A DNA stretch of 64,000 nt from Ptychomitrium polyphyllum (Eukaryota): NCBI GenBank assembly GCA_973851085.1, contig OZ316775.1:16058001-16122000 (forward strand), given 5' to 3'. This document shows positions 14,725 to 27,870 of the stretch, one piece after another. The first letter of the stretch is position 1. Each line of letters begins with the position of its first letter. Under the pieces are notes generated by a model, which saw only the letters and a list, made by a program, of their open reading frames with translations, did no database searches and was not told where the DNA came from. The position numbers and the translations under genes were made by a program.

Positions 14725-17614
14725 AGTGGCGAGAGGCGAGGCGCCACAGAACCCGACCAGACTCAAGGTGATTGCAAAGACACGGATGAGCAGGGAGAGA
14801 GGGGGAATGCGTAGCCTCGGAGAGCTGAGGGGCCAGACGAGTGAGCATCACCACAGCTCAACACAAGAACAGAGCTCGGCAACGATGAACCCCTCATGGC
14901 CCTGCCCGTGCCACTCCTTGTGCCCTTGCACCCCACGCTAACCCTAATGCGTCCCCGCTGGCAGCCCTACTCCTGCTCCCGCCCCATCTGGCGCTGCGGA
15001 CGGCCACGATCTTCCCACCTGGTCTGTACCTCACGACCCCGCTGCTTTGCGACCTGCACGAATGCGGATGCAGACCGAATGGATGGATGATCACTCCACC
15101 GCATATCACGGTAGCATACGGTGTTGGCGTATCATGGTGGAATACGGTTCCGGCGTACACGGTCCGATGGGTTGCTCACGGATGATCGTCAATCTGCGCG
15201 ACCAGTCTGCGCGCACATTGTTCACCGTAGTGATGTAAGGGGTTAAGCATCGCCTTGGGGAAGAAAATTATTACAAACCATGAAAATATGAAACCTATTA
15301 CAAACCTAGGTTTTGTATAGTTCGAACAATAACAGATTTAACATGCCTGAATGGTATCAAATTAAATTATTAAATTGATATAATTGTGCGACTTTTCAAT
15401 GCTTGTTCTCACCACATGTTGGAGTTGGTATGTCTTTTTTTTTTATATTATAGTTTTTTTCATTCTATTCTTTTGTTCCAATAATAGACTTTTAATTGTG
15501 GAATTAAAAATTGCAAGTTTCCATGGGCCTTAAAAGTTTGTGATAACAAAATGATCAGTTTTCTCATCCTTTAAGCTTTCCAATATGGTCATTTTAATGC
15601 ATCAAGATATGAAGCTTCAAACAATGAGAAGATTGTGTGAACTATTCACATATTTAAATAATAAGTGACATTTGAAATGGGTTTTTTAATTTAGAATCTA
15701 AGCCTATAATTTCCAAATCTCTTTTTATTTTCAAATTTTTTAAAATAGATATGGGTGCCTATCATTGTAAAAAACAAAAAATATTTAAGACTTGAAGGTT
15801 TGATTTAAGGCTTGCCAATGGTCTAAAAATTTGGATGAGTGGCAAGTCTAAATCAATTTTAGTGATTCAAATTAGAGAAATGCAAAGAATTAAGCAAGCA
15901 ACAAACCATTGTGTCTTTAACAATGCTTCAATAAACCATTTCTATTTTAATACAAAGTCAAATTCAAAGCACTATTGTGAATGGTTAAATAAACTTGAGT
16001 GCACTTTCTATTAACTAAGTCTTGGATAAAAACACACCACACTAATATTGCAAAGCAAAAGACATTGGGAGAAAAAATGATAAGTGATTGTTGTAGCCAA
16101 TTTTATAATATCCGTTGCAACCTTTTAATGGCTATAATGCTTTGTCTTTTAAAATGGAAATGCAATCTCAATATTCAAAATAATTCTTTTATCTACTATT
16201 TCTTTTACTAATGCTTTTGTACAATGTGCTAATTAAATCAACAAGATGTACATGTTATTTCAACATTGTCCTTGATGTCTTGGTAATAGGTGCTATTGAA
16301 TATTCAAAGGGCATAAAGTATTTTTTTCTTTCTTTAAGTTTTACTTCAACTCATAATTATATCATATATTGATGCATAGTTTTTTTGTTGCTTGTCACAT
16401 AGAAAATAACAAAGATGTAGCTATGGTGCACCTCAAAAATAGGAACATAATCTTTGTATTAGAAGACAAGAAAGTTGCTAAATCCCAAAGAATGTATATT
16501 TGCAAGTGGTTGATTTCCATCTATCACTATAGACTAAGGCAGTTTGTACAATGGAGGTCATTCTTACAGCCGCCAAATTAAAAAAACATTGGTTGTTTCC
16601 TTAAAGCCAATGTACTTGGAGGAATTTAAAGTTGGCTATTGAAAATGGAATAAAATGACAGTTAAAATAAAGGATTTGTTAAGAAAAAACTTAGAGTGCT
16701 TTTGGAGTTTGATGTGCCTTATTTGAGATCCAAGGCTCCATTATTTTTCAAAATTTGTCCTTTATTTGACTATGTAGAACTTCATTAGAACAAGTCTTGA
16801 CCACTTTCAAAATATACCCTTCACGTAGCAAATAATGTCATTTGCATCAAAGTAAAAGTCTTGGCAAACTGTCACATTTCTATAATAGTTGCAGTAGTTT
16901 CTTTCATTTGTACAATTTTAAAGACGTCCTTCTTATTACACACAATTTTGGCTCATAGAACTGTTTAGGAACACAAGACACAAGAGTTCGACAAGAAGTG
17001 GTGTCTAAGAAACAGGTGGAATTTGGATGGCAACATCAACCGCCTGAGGACGCCAGCACGGCACTGCACCACACAAGGAGAAACCAGGAAGGGGGCGCGT
17101 GGGGCCACCAGGACCACCCGTTGCGCTATGCCCCAGGTGCTCCTTATCCGTACGAAACATGACATTGTGCAGGCAACGGCGCCACGCAGCCAATATGGAG
17201 TTCAAGGCTGCACCCTAGGCCTTTCACTTTTCCACCTGCAGAAAGACTGCTGTGCGCGCCCTCACTTCCGCTGCGTTCTGTGGAGGCTGCACATGCGCAC
17301 TGCTCTTCTCTTGCCTTGTGGCCGCAGCCTTCCGCGTTTGGAGTTGCACTTGTTCCGTTTGCCACCTACCCCACCATCGGCCGCACTGCCTTCTGCGCTT
17401 CCTCGCCACTGCACTTGTGATTTTCCTTCTGCGCTTGTGAATCGTTTCTTGTGCATCGTAATTCACCATGCCCATGCTTGTTTGCTTGCTCTGTTCCATG
17501 TCAGGCGCGGCGGTTTTCGTTCCTCTTCTTCGGTTTTTGCAGCGAGGGAATGTGGTGGTGCTCTGGTTCCTGACGGGGGTTCGTTGCGATTGTGTGGGTC
17601 GGTAGGGTATCTGC

Positions 17615-17623
17615 ATGTCATGA
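17615..17623 (+). promoter_or_regulatory. SAMDC tiny uORF (ATG TCA TGA), overlapping the small-uORF ATG by 1 nt
   Basis: Sequence ATGTCATGATGGAG: the last A of the TGA (17623) is the A of the small-uORF ATG, the canonical plant SAMDC arrangement. Confidence 0.8.
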
Positions 17624-17894
17624 TGGAGGCCAAAGGTGGTAAGCAGTCGAAGACGAGTTCGATACAGTACGAGAGTCCGCTCGGCTACGTGATTGAGGAC
17701 GTTCGACCGCACGGAGGGAGCGAGAAGTTCCGCACTGCTGCGTACTCCAACGTAAGTGCTCGGTTTGATTGTGCTGGGGTTGACGGGGTGTGGTGGAACG
17801 AGTGTTTGGTGTCCGTTGGGGAGGATTTTTGTGGGGGCGCTCGGGTGGCTGATGGTGTGCGTTGGCGGTGCAGTGCGTGCGCAAGCCATCCTGA
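17623..17894 (+). CDS. SAMDC conserved small uORF peptide (49 aa; exons 17623-17751 and 17874-17894; an in-frame ATG at 17620 would add one Met)
   Basis: MEAKGGKQSKTSSIQYESPLGYVIEDVRPHGGSEKFRTAAYSN|CVRKPS* after removing a GTAAGT...TGCAG intron (17752-17873); matches the plant AdoMetDC leader peptide pattern. Confidence 0.92.
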
Positions 17895-18126
17895 TATTTG
17901 CTGAGGGGTGAACGGCAAAGAAGACGCGTAGATTAGGTATTTGGTGGTTTCCGTCCGAGGGGCTGGTCTGCTGCCGTCGTGTGGAACATTTTTGCGATTG
18001 TGCAGATCAGCTCCCCGCTCGGGAGAGCGGTTCAAGCTCCCGGCCTGGTTCTGTTGGGCCCTCTCCGGTGTCTTGTAGATACGGTCCGCGGGGAGGAGGG
18101 AATTTTCGTCCTCGTATTGGGTAGAC

Positions 18127-19287
18127 ATGGGTGCGTCGTTCCCGAACGACACGGGCGCTGCGGCCGGGTGCGTGGCGAGCCCAGGGTTCGAAGGATTCGA
18201 GAAGCGGCTGGACGTGGAGTTCCATCCTGCTCCCGTGTTCAGCGACCCCGAGGGGCGGGGCCTGCGGGCCATCCCGAGAGGCGAGCTGCAGAACATGCTG
18301 CGAGCCGCGGAGTGCACAATCGTGGCGGAGATGAGCAACGCTGAGGTGGACTCGTACGTGCTGTCGGAGTCGAGCCTGTTCATCTACCCGCAGCGCATGG
18401 TGATCAAGACGTGCGGCACGACGCGGCTGCTGTGCGCATTGCCGGTCCTGTTGGAGGCGACCGGGCGACTGGCACTGAGAGTGAGGCGCGTGAAGTACAC
18501 GAGAGGGACGTTCATGTTCCCGGCGGTGCAGCCGTACCCGCACGGGAGCTTCAGCGAGGAGGTTCGGTTTCTGGAGGAGCATTTCGGGAGCCTCGGGGAC
18601 GGCGGGAAGGCCTTCGTGATGGGCAGCAAGGGGAGGTTCCCCAACTGGCACATTTACACGGCGGCGGACCACGGAGGCGCGGCCGAGCCGGTGTACACCC
18701 TGGAGATGTGCATGACCGAGCTGGACAGGCAGGCGGCGGGCAAGTTCATCAAGGGTCCGGGCCTGGAGACGGGCGCGGACATGACGGAGGCCGCAAGCAT
18801 CGACAAAATGCTGGCGGGGTCGCGCATCTGCGACTTCGCGTTCGAGCCGTGCGGGTACTCGATGAACGGCATCGAGGGTGGCGCGCACTCGACGATTCAC
18901 GTGACCCCCGAAGAGGGGCTGAGCTATGCGAGCTTCGAAGCCATGGGATATGAGCCGTGGCAGGTGGAGCTGCCAGCGCTGGTGGAGAGGGTCGTGGGGT
19001 CGTTCAAGCCCGCCGTGTTCGCGATGTCCGTGCACGTGACGGGCGGGAGCAAGGCCGTGCACACGTCGGGATCGTGGGGTGCGTCAGTGTGCCCGAGAGG
19101 CTACGTGTGCGACGGCAGCAGCCGGCAAGAGCTGCCGTGCGGGAGCATCGTGGTGTTCCATACGTTCAAGGAGGAGAGAGGGTTCGGAGCAGGCGGTGCA
19201 CCTCTGCCACTGATCAGGGGCGGAGGGAGCGGCAGTCGGGGGACGAAGAAGGTGGCGATCAAGAAGGCGAAAGGACAGAAGACATGA
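18127..19287 (+). CDS. SAMDC: S-adenosylmethionine decarboxylase proenzyme (386 aa, intronless main ORF)
   Basis: GFEGFEKRLDVEF, proenzyme cleavage motif YVLSE|SSLF, IKTCGTT, FEPCGYSMN and STIHVTPEEGLSYASFE; conserved uORF upstream; likely further leader intron 17937-18005. Confidence 0.97.
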   Translation: MGASFPNDTGAAAGCVASPGFEGFEKRLDVEFHPAPVFSDPEGRGLRAIPRGELQNMLRAAECTIVAEMSNAEVDSYVLSESSLFIYPQRMVIKTCGTTRLLCALPVLLEATGRLALRVRRVKYTRGTFMFPAVQPYPHGSFSEEVRFLEEHFGSLGDGGKAFVMGSKGRFPNWHIYTAADHGGAAEPVYTLEMCMTELDRQAAGKFIKGPGLETGADMTEAASIDKMLAGSRICDFAFEPCGYSMNGIEGGAHSTIHVTPEEGLSYASFEAMGYEPWQVELPALVERVVGSFKPAVFAMSVHVTGGSKAVHTSGSWGASVCPRGYVCDGSSRQELPCGSIVVFHTFKEERGFGAGGAPLPLIRGGGSGSRGTKKVAIKKAKGQKT

Positions 19288-21320
19288 GCAGGTGAGCAAC
19301 ATGTGGTGGATGACGCACCGGGAAGAGTCGGTGTACGTGGAGTGTGCGTGTGGAGGTAGGTTTGCACGGTAGGCGGGCGTAGCACGTCGCTTGTCTGTGG
19401 AAAGTTTGTTCTGGACGGATGCTTTCTGATGTGGTGACGGTGGGGCCGATTCGCGATAAGCAGTTTTGCGGCGATGGTGTATGGTGCAGACGGTCTGATG
19501 TTTTGAAATATTGTTTTGCAGGGATATTGTGACGGAAGTTTTCGTCGGCATTGATTAAATTGACGGGGAGCATTGACGTTTTAGACATTGAAAGCACCCA
19601 GTTGAGTCCACAGTGAGTGTTTATATGCGGGTATAGGATAGTTATTCATTTTCAATCGTGAGTGTTACAATGTCGTTGCATTGTGCGAGCAGCGAGAGAA
19701 GATCTGTTGAAATGATCATTATTTTATTCATCCAGGGTACTGAAATGTTAAATTTTAGGTTATGGCTTGTTTTTTTTTTATCCTGTATACGATAATTGAT
19801 TGGGATTTTCAATCTTGTATTTTGAGTTTTCTATTTGGCTTGAGAGGGGTTTTAGTTCTGAGTTGATGCTTTTCAAGAAAACTTGATAAATTTGTTCATC
19901 AGTAGAATTTATCACACATACAACTGCATACATACTTACCTTCACTCTGTAAGACTCCATTTTGTTTACTTTTATCACTCATATAGTTCAATGACGAATG
20001 AATAGTAATGAATGATCCTTGGACCAGTGTTGAGTTGAATTGAAATCGCTCAAATAACTAGACTCCGACCTGAACTCTTCAATGAGAAAGATAACCAGAC
20101 CGACTGCGTTACATTCTGCCATAAATCGTCCTCACTTTTGTACTTTTTTTTTGAACAGACTACAAACTAGTTCTTACAGGCTGTATCTTTAACTAATTCC
20201 AACACATGGAGAGAAAAGACTCTGATGCTCTGTGCAGGTTTAACATATCTCCAGCTTACCTCCCGGCCCCCACCTCCTGGCGCCGAAGGCAGAAAGGTAC
20301 AGTGAGGTGGTGTTATGGATTTGAGTTCGGTTGTGGGTATTGAGCGAACCTGAGAAATTTTATTAAGGTTACAGCACGCACTCGTGTGTATCAGGCAGAT
20401 CATATACCTGTGTCTGTTATTCTGAATGAGTTGTTGTACTGCTAGTGGGTTCACAGCTTTGTAGTTCCCAATCAGTAAAGGACTGTACTGCAGAGTTCAC
20501 ATTGTGACCGATGCAGTTCTGAACTTATTAGATCATCGGTGCTGATATTACATCTCGTGGAGATTGTTATAAGTTTGATTTATGTTTTGATTCTTAATCT
20601 CTTAATCTAAAATTAGGATGTAATAGACGTTGTAGATTAATAAAAGGAATGTATGGGGAAGGTATTGAGATGGATACAAATGACTATTCTCTTATATCCT
20701 GATTTTGAAGATTTTGGGAAACCTGTCCTAGTCCATGAACTCACAGTTAGCTGAAAGTTGTAGTTTAATCATTTTAAAACTAGCTTAGCATCATTTAAAG
20801 CATGCTTTGAACATTCATGACACTCTTTGGCATGATCTTGCACCACCGTTACAGTGGAGCATTTGGCCAGTTCAGGTAGTTTGTTGTACACAAACTTTAG
20901 AAGAGTTTTGCATTTGAACAAGGGGAGCAGTACTGTTTGGGTGTTGGGTCTGCTTAATAACGTTACTCCCTCTCCTTAATGGATATCTTCCTTATGGGTG
21001 TTACAGCAGATGCATGTCATCCTCAGAGAATGAAGTGTGATATATTGGAGATCAAAAGGTCGTAGGGCAAGGAGTTTTCAGCTTAGTAGCTCATAGAACA
21101 TACCATTCTATGAGAAACCGAGTGGAGGACAGACTGTTGGAATATCTATAATGGCTGCAAATGCTGCAAATGCTTGTGTCATTTAGCAATAGACCCATCT
21201 ATTGCATGACTGTCCGAAAAGTTCCTAAGCATGGTATTAATGATTAATGTTTGAAACAGTTGTTTCATATCCAATTTTGAAAGACAAATTTGGCCTTAGA
21301 TTGACAAAGTTTCAGAAGCC

Positions 21321-21415
21321 TTGAAAGCCTTGATCTTAGCATTAATGTTATTTGAAAGCCTTGATCTTAGCATTAATGTTATTTGAAAGCCTTGATCTTA
21401 GCATTAATGTTATTT
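21321..21415. repeat. Tandem repeat, 3 x 31 bp (TTGAAAGCCTTGATCTTAGCATTAATGTTAT)
   Basis: Three exact head-to-tail copies. Confidence 0.9.
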
Positions 21416-23448
21416 TTGTATAGTGAAGACATGTCTTTTTAAACGTGGATTGTTTGACATCCATGACTGTACTAAAGGATCAAAATTGGGATTTGTTGAG
21501 CTCTTATGAATAAACATATAAGTTTATTGCAATATTTGTAAGAGACCAAATCAAAATATAATAGCAACATTTGCTTCCATGGACATGCAATTGAATACTT
21601 TTGATGTAGTTTGTTATTCAAATTGTTAAATCCCTTATTTTTCTTTATCATCTACATATATAACATATATATCAATGCTAAATTGCAATTCTAAAACTTA
21701 CAATAAAATTAGTTATGTAAAATTTTATGTTCTTATGTTGTAGCATGTTGAAATAATTTTGAATCAATTTTGAATCCATTGAATTTTTAAAAAAAAAACA
21801 AACACTACAACTATATTTTTGGGTAAATCATTGTTGGAGCTTAAGATTTCAAGTTTACCAAAATTTCAGGCGTCATTTTTGTACTCAAGATTAAGTTATG
21901 TGATAGGACACATTGATAGGATGAACAAATAGAAACATAACTTAAATAACATCCTTTTTAAAGACACCAATTAAAAAAAATTATATTATAAAAATTGTAG
22001 GATGTGTCAATAAGTGTACAACTTCACTCTTATCTTATTAGTGGTATTTCCATGAAACAATGACAACATCACCTTAATTATTAAATAAACTTTAGAAGAT
22101 TTACTTCTCACTAGCATTTCATAGTAGATAGACTTTTGAAAAAAATTAACCAATTTGTACCAATTAAGAAATGTCACAAATAACCTTTGGAACCTTCTCA
22201 ACAAATGGAAGACAATATATTCAAAAGATGAAGTATATTTTGCATGCACAAAAAGCTATTCTTTTATTTTGGAAGTAAAAGACTAATGAAATAGAAAGTT
22301 ACCAATGAATTTTTTAGTAATAAAATATAGCAAAAACTTGTTCATGTTAAGTTGTGAAACAATCTAAAAAAATGTCATGCCATTTTTTCAATACTTCTCT
22401 TTAAGCTTCATTATTTTTACTAAAGTTCCAAGTAAGATAAAATATTTAAAAGTACAATGTATAACATGATCAATTACACATCCAAAACTAGATTTATAAG
22501 ACATGATTTGTTACACCAAATGATATGTTACATTCTTAGCATCAAACTAACACTAGCTAAAATGATGCTAAAATGGCATCAGAAGTTTACAAAACACCAA
22601 AATGATGTGAAAACAACATAGGTCAAAATAATATAAAAATAATTTTAAAACCACATTCAAATCATCAAAATTGTCAAAATCTTATAATCCATACAATTCT
22701 GATAAAAAAATTTGACTTAATTTTAGCTGAGGACACATTTTGATAGCATCTAAAATGTATGTCAACCTGATGTTAAGTTGATGTCAGGTTAACCTATGTC
22801 ATTTTGATGTAAAGGTGACATCAAAATAATGTGGGGACAACTCACATTCATTTTGATATCATGCCCCATTTAAAAATGACTCCAAAGAGATTTTTCAGAT
22901 GTGAGTTCATGGACCTTCTCCAAAATAGGAGAATAGCTTTTTGTGCACACCGCTTCATTGAAATGAATGATGTAGATGCTCCTGAATCCAAGTTGAAATT
23001 GTGACCTCTAAAACAGATGCAAACAACACTGCAGTTTGAGGTTATGTTGAGATTGCGACCTCCATAACATCAGAGACTTCACTTAAAACAAATTGCAGAA
23101 CTACAATGTGGTTAATCATATAATGATTTCTTAAATTATTGTTAAAAATTTGATTTATGCAAATGTATGCACAGTGCTGTGTTGACAATTTCAGATGCCA
23201 AATTAGAGTTGCAACAATTGCAAGCGTAAATGTACATTAAGCTTCTAAAAGTGGTTGTTTTTAAATCTAAACAAGAGAGGTGGCCATCACATTTAACATA
23301 GGTTTTTGTATCCAAATGTATTTATTTATCCGTCCAAATGTAAGTACATCTAAATTTTTATAAGTTTTCATTTTGAAGATTTAAAGCAAATTTCGATTGT
23401 GGTGATGAAAATATGAAAAATTACATTCTTCATGATCTCTATTTCTCT

Positions 23449-23555
23449 ATCAATGTAAAATAGCTTTGTTTATACTATTTATACTTAAAAATAGTTATGC
23501 ATCAAATGTAAAATAGCACTTTGTTTATACTATTTATACTTAAAAATACTTATGC
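23449..23555. repeat. Imperfect tandem duplication of about 54 bp
   Basis: ATCAA(A)TGTAAAATAGC..TTTGTTTATACTATTT(T)ATACTTAAAAATA(G/C)TTATGC occurs twice in a row. Confidence 0.75.
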
Positions 23556-24291
23556 AGTTAGTGGAACATTTGGAATTTTGTAGTGTAGACCTATTGGGGA
23601 TGCACTATTAATGCAATTTATGATGATATTGTATAAGGGAATCAGCAAAGGAGACAAACTGCCAAGCCTGCAGTAGTACTAGTTCCGACTATGGCTGCTG
23701 ATCTGTATTCCAGCGGGATTTTCTCCTTGGAACCCGAGCTTGACAAGAACAATCGGCCGGCCTGCTTTAAAACTGCATAGAGTTCGGGGAGAATAGATAG
23801 CGTTGTTGTGATTCAAAATAAGTCGGTCATTGATTCTCCCCATAAGTATCACATTGCAGGACTGCTACATAAATACAGATACTGGCTGGGCAAATAAATA
23901 GTACTTCAAAATCATTACGAAGTGGAATATGCAATATTCAAAAGAGTTAATCTGGCTAAATTTAGACATTGTACATGAGTATAATCTCCACTATACCCAT
24001 GAGTACATGGCTAGATCTCCACTTCTGCAGAGAAGAATACCCTGTTCCATAACTCCTGAAGATCATTGTCAATGTGCCTACACTCCTAGTGCGCCTGACT
24101 GGTCCTACTAAATGTCTACCCCATTCCCTCATACTCGATGAGCACGTCGTTATCTAGATTGGACCAAATTCTTTGATTTCAAACACTAACTTAAACCTTT
24201 CGCTTGTTAGGTCTGTACTGCACTATCCAGGCTTCAGAGCCTTTAATCAGATAAATGATCAGTTTACTACTGTTCACATGACAACCAAGGA

Positions 24292-27200
24292 TCACTTCTT
24301 CTTTAGGGTTATTTTCATTTTCTTGGGTCCTGGCCCAGAGCCCAATCCGGATGAAAAAGGTTGCTTGTTGTAAGCTGAGAACAGCACGCCACCTGAGGTT
24401 CCAACTTTTCCACCCATAGGCATCCCAGCCAATGCACGACTGCCCAGGTCACTACTGGGAGTTCTGAGCATACTACTTTCCGATGATACAGGCGCTTTCT
24501 CCTTCACGTCTACGGACTTTTCCGGCTGTGCATCTTCTTTAGTTTCTAGAATCGGAGGAGCAGAAACTGTAGCTTCAGCGCTTGATATCTTATCAGCAAT
24601 AACAGCTGTTCAAATTTCCACTCAGACTATACTTAGTGCTATACAGTGAATCCCAAATTCCAAAACGCAATTGATAAAAATCTACTAAATTAACCACTAA
24701 TCTGGAGATTCGACTTAAAAACTGCTAGAAGCAGCTTGGTAGTAGCACATTGAACCAACTTTGAGCTACTTTACAGAAGTACATGCTTCACCACACAATA
24801 CCCAGCCACAGAAACTCAAATTGCAAGCTTATAATTCCACAAATTACCGATTGTGCATATTGTAATAGTGATTGGGAGTGCTTACAGGATATCAAAGTGC
24901 GTACAACCTCGTCAACTGCTACATCAAGAGCTGCCTCATCGCGATTGTTGCGCAGAAGTGGATCAGAACCTGCAACTCGTCAAGATCCCAACGATACAAT
25001 TATAAAAGCTCAGTAAAGGCCTAGGTGAACTATGCTAGCTGACCTAGGTCGGGTGAAGTGCAAGGCAGTATGTACTGTATGACCTCAAGAATATATTTAG
25101 ATGACAAAGCACCAAATACTTCCAGAAAGAGGCGCTTGACTACTCACCACAGACTCAGAGGGACTTGAATTCCAATATCACTCGAAGGAAAACGAATTTT
25201 GCGAATGAAGTAGTGTCAATGTTCGAGAACGTGTTGAGCACTTGAATTAAAGACGCACCAGATTTTAATAGTAGCTTCACAATCTTGACGTGCCCTGACT
25301 TTGCAGCCCAAAGCATTGGCGTGTCCCCTTGCTGCGAACCCACAACCCAATCAGTTTCAAACAGTTATGTGCTTCCATAATATCCATAGATAAAAGGAGG
25401 TACTGCAAACCGCAGATCACGGAAACATTATCTCCAAAACAAAGCAGAAAGAGCAGAAAACCAAAACCAGTAATAGATAAATTAATAAAGAAAAACGCAG
25501 AGGGAGCAGTCACATTCCGCCCCAATATTAAGCACTGTTTGACTACTCTTTGAACTTCTCTATTCCCATTCAAGGTAGGGCTAATACTATCATACCAAGC
25601 TACAATCTTCACTAACATAAGTTACCATTTTATATAATCATCAAGCTTAGAAGGGAGGGTAGGACTCAACATTTTACATTCTGTTCATACTAGCTAATTT
25701 TATCAATGGATCATAGCAAGTCAAACATATATTTGCTTATAGGTATATCCTTCATACCAAGTTACCCATAACCTTAGTTCAATAAAGAAAAGGTTTAGCA
25801 TATTCATTCCTCTAACATCCACCTTATAAATATGGTATATATTTCCAAGCAACACATACCTAATAAGTATTGTCAAAGAGACAAATAGGCTCTCAAAATA
25901 GTTCAAACTAAAATATTGTCATAAGCACTTAAACCATCAATCTAAGTTCCTTAGTGTTCAAGAAGGACCATCAAAATATGATAAGTGTCTCTATAAGTCA
26001 TGAGAATGATGTCTCACATGCATTCACGGATAACAACAACAAACTATTAATGTGTTGGTCACCACATGTAAGGTGTCTAAAACAATCAATCCCTTATTAT
26101 TGGTGTCACAAATTTATGCAAATAACAAGAAAGGAGTCATTGTGTAAACATCATCCTAAGCCTCAACTCTCTCAAACCTGATCATCCATGGGATTTACAC
26201 CAACTTGTCACCACAAAGAACTTTCAATGTGTCGTACACATTGAATAGACGTGGTACGCTCGTGCCACCCAAAGTTCACGGCCCAACATAAGCTTGCAAC
26301 AAGTAGATACGAGAATGTACTTGAACAAGAGAACACTTGCGCCTCAAATAAAGGTCCTGTGAATACTTTGTTTTCTCGAGAAAGTAAGAGGACAGCAAAC
26401 CCAACAAAGCCTTTTAGGTGGATATGCGCTCTAGTATATGTACCCCCTCAATGTTTGCTGATGTTAGTATGACCCTGTGCAAATGCGTGTGGGTAATCCT
26501 GAACATGATACGAAGTATATATGTAGACTTGCAATATATTTGATACCTTAGTGTTTACCCTAATACCCTTTGATCCAGTATTACCTTGACCATGTTGGTA
26601 TGCTGTGATGCATTATTGAAAGGAAAGATGGTTTCACAAGACGGTTTCTATTCTCAATTGATGCCTTCAACTATTCCGAAGAATGAGCATTTAAAAGAGA
26701 CAATAGATAGTAGAGTTATATATTTCATGACCGTATAACATATCGCATAGAGTTCAAAATCACATCCATCTTCCGACCTAAATTTCTTTGCAGCTTGTTT
26801 ACTTACCTTGGTGCATGCATTGACAGGCGCTCCACTGCGAAGCAGAAGCTCAGCTACCGTTAGCCATCCTCGGTCGCAACACCAGTGCAGCGATGTCCTG
26901 GCCACCCCAAACAAGAGGATGATGAAGCAGCTTCCTAAGCTCTGCACACAGTTGATACACCGCGCTACCTTGCTCAGCATCATTCACCTCACTACTCTCG
27001 GCTGGACTCTACTTGACACTACTACTTCCAGCCCTGAGCACCTAAGCCCTGTAACTAATCCTTCCGTCCACGCAGATACGTACACTCGGTTTAAGAAGAT
27101 CATCATGACACTCCAGAAAAGGAAGCAATTGATACGTCACTGCATAATCCATCTCTCCGTTGAGCGAGCTTTAGGGTATCCCACATTGCTCCGACGTTGG

Positions 27201-27719
27201 CCCAACGACATATCAGAAATGGTACTCAGTGAACGGGTAGTGCACGAACCTCTCGACCTAACATTTCGCCCCAAGGACCTCCTGATCGTTACAGGCAGAA
27301 CACCTCAACACAAGTTTCGAACTCACACGTGATAACGCAGAAACGTGAAGGGCTAACCCAAAGAAGGTGACCAGCTTCCAAGTTCCTCACTGACGCCAGT
27401 CACAAAAAGAAAAACTGAATGCAAAACGCACAACATCCACAGAAAGAGGGGTGTCGGACCTGCCCCACGCATCCTCGGACTGCGGCGTGGCCCCAGCCTT
27501 CAAGAGCGCTTCGGCAGCTTGCACATGACCCGTGGTCATGCACAGCAGTGACAACGGAGAACGCTGGAAGCTATCAACGAGGTTGGGGTCGGCGCCCGCT
27601 TGCAGCAGCTCCTCCACTTCCCCGAGCTCCGTCTGCCCGAAGGCCGAGAGCGCACACAGTGTGTGCAGACGCGTGCGCCCCGGCCCATCCCTGGCGTCCA
27701 CGCCCCCCTCGCCCGCCAT
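24292..27719 (-). CDS. Ankyrin-repeat protein (about 273 aa); exons 27460-27719, 26807-26897, 25259-25331, 24886-24969, 24292-24605
   Basis: Ankyrin motifs GRTRLH..LLQAGADPN, RSPLSL..LLKAGA, GRTSLHWCCDRGWLTVAELLLRSGAPVN, GDTPMLWAAKSGHVKIVKLLLKSGSDPLLRNNRDEAALD. GT-AG junctions keep frame to the stop after KKMKITLKKK. Confidence 0.85.
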
Positions 27720-27733
27720 CGCCCCGCACTCAC

Positions 27734-27870
27734 CAACAATAACAATAACAATAACAATGACAACACCAACACCAACACCAACAACACGCTCACTGCAGCA
27801 CAACTGTTACAGCAACCCCTCCCCACCCCACACCACCACACCTCACCTCACCACACCACACCACACCACA
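27734..27870. repeat. Microsatellite/low-complexity tract ((ACAATA)n, (ACACCA)n, CACCA-rich) immediately 5' of the ankyrin gene
   Basis: Simple repeats seen directly. Confidence 0.8.

Noticed and set aside
15266..16920. AT-rich block between eIF3a and SAMDC with weakly inverted ends (AAAATTATTACAAA / TTTGTACAATTTT)
   Set aside because: The match is too degenerate, with no TSD or transposase trace; it cannot be supported as a TIR element.
17023..19597. Many long overlapping ORFs around SAMDC (e.g. 17023-17904 +, 18007-19062 -, 17685-18383 -)
   Set aside because: Shadows of GC-rich coding and leader sequence. The 293-aa ORF simply runs through the uORF exon and its intron.
21321..21415. 31-bp direct repeats (also the 25-bp repeats at 3355-3433) as a CRISPR-like array
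   Set aside because: Units are head-to-tail with no unique spacers, there are no cas genes, and the context is eukaryotic.
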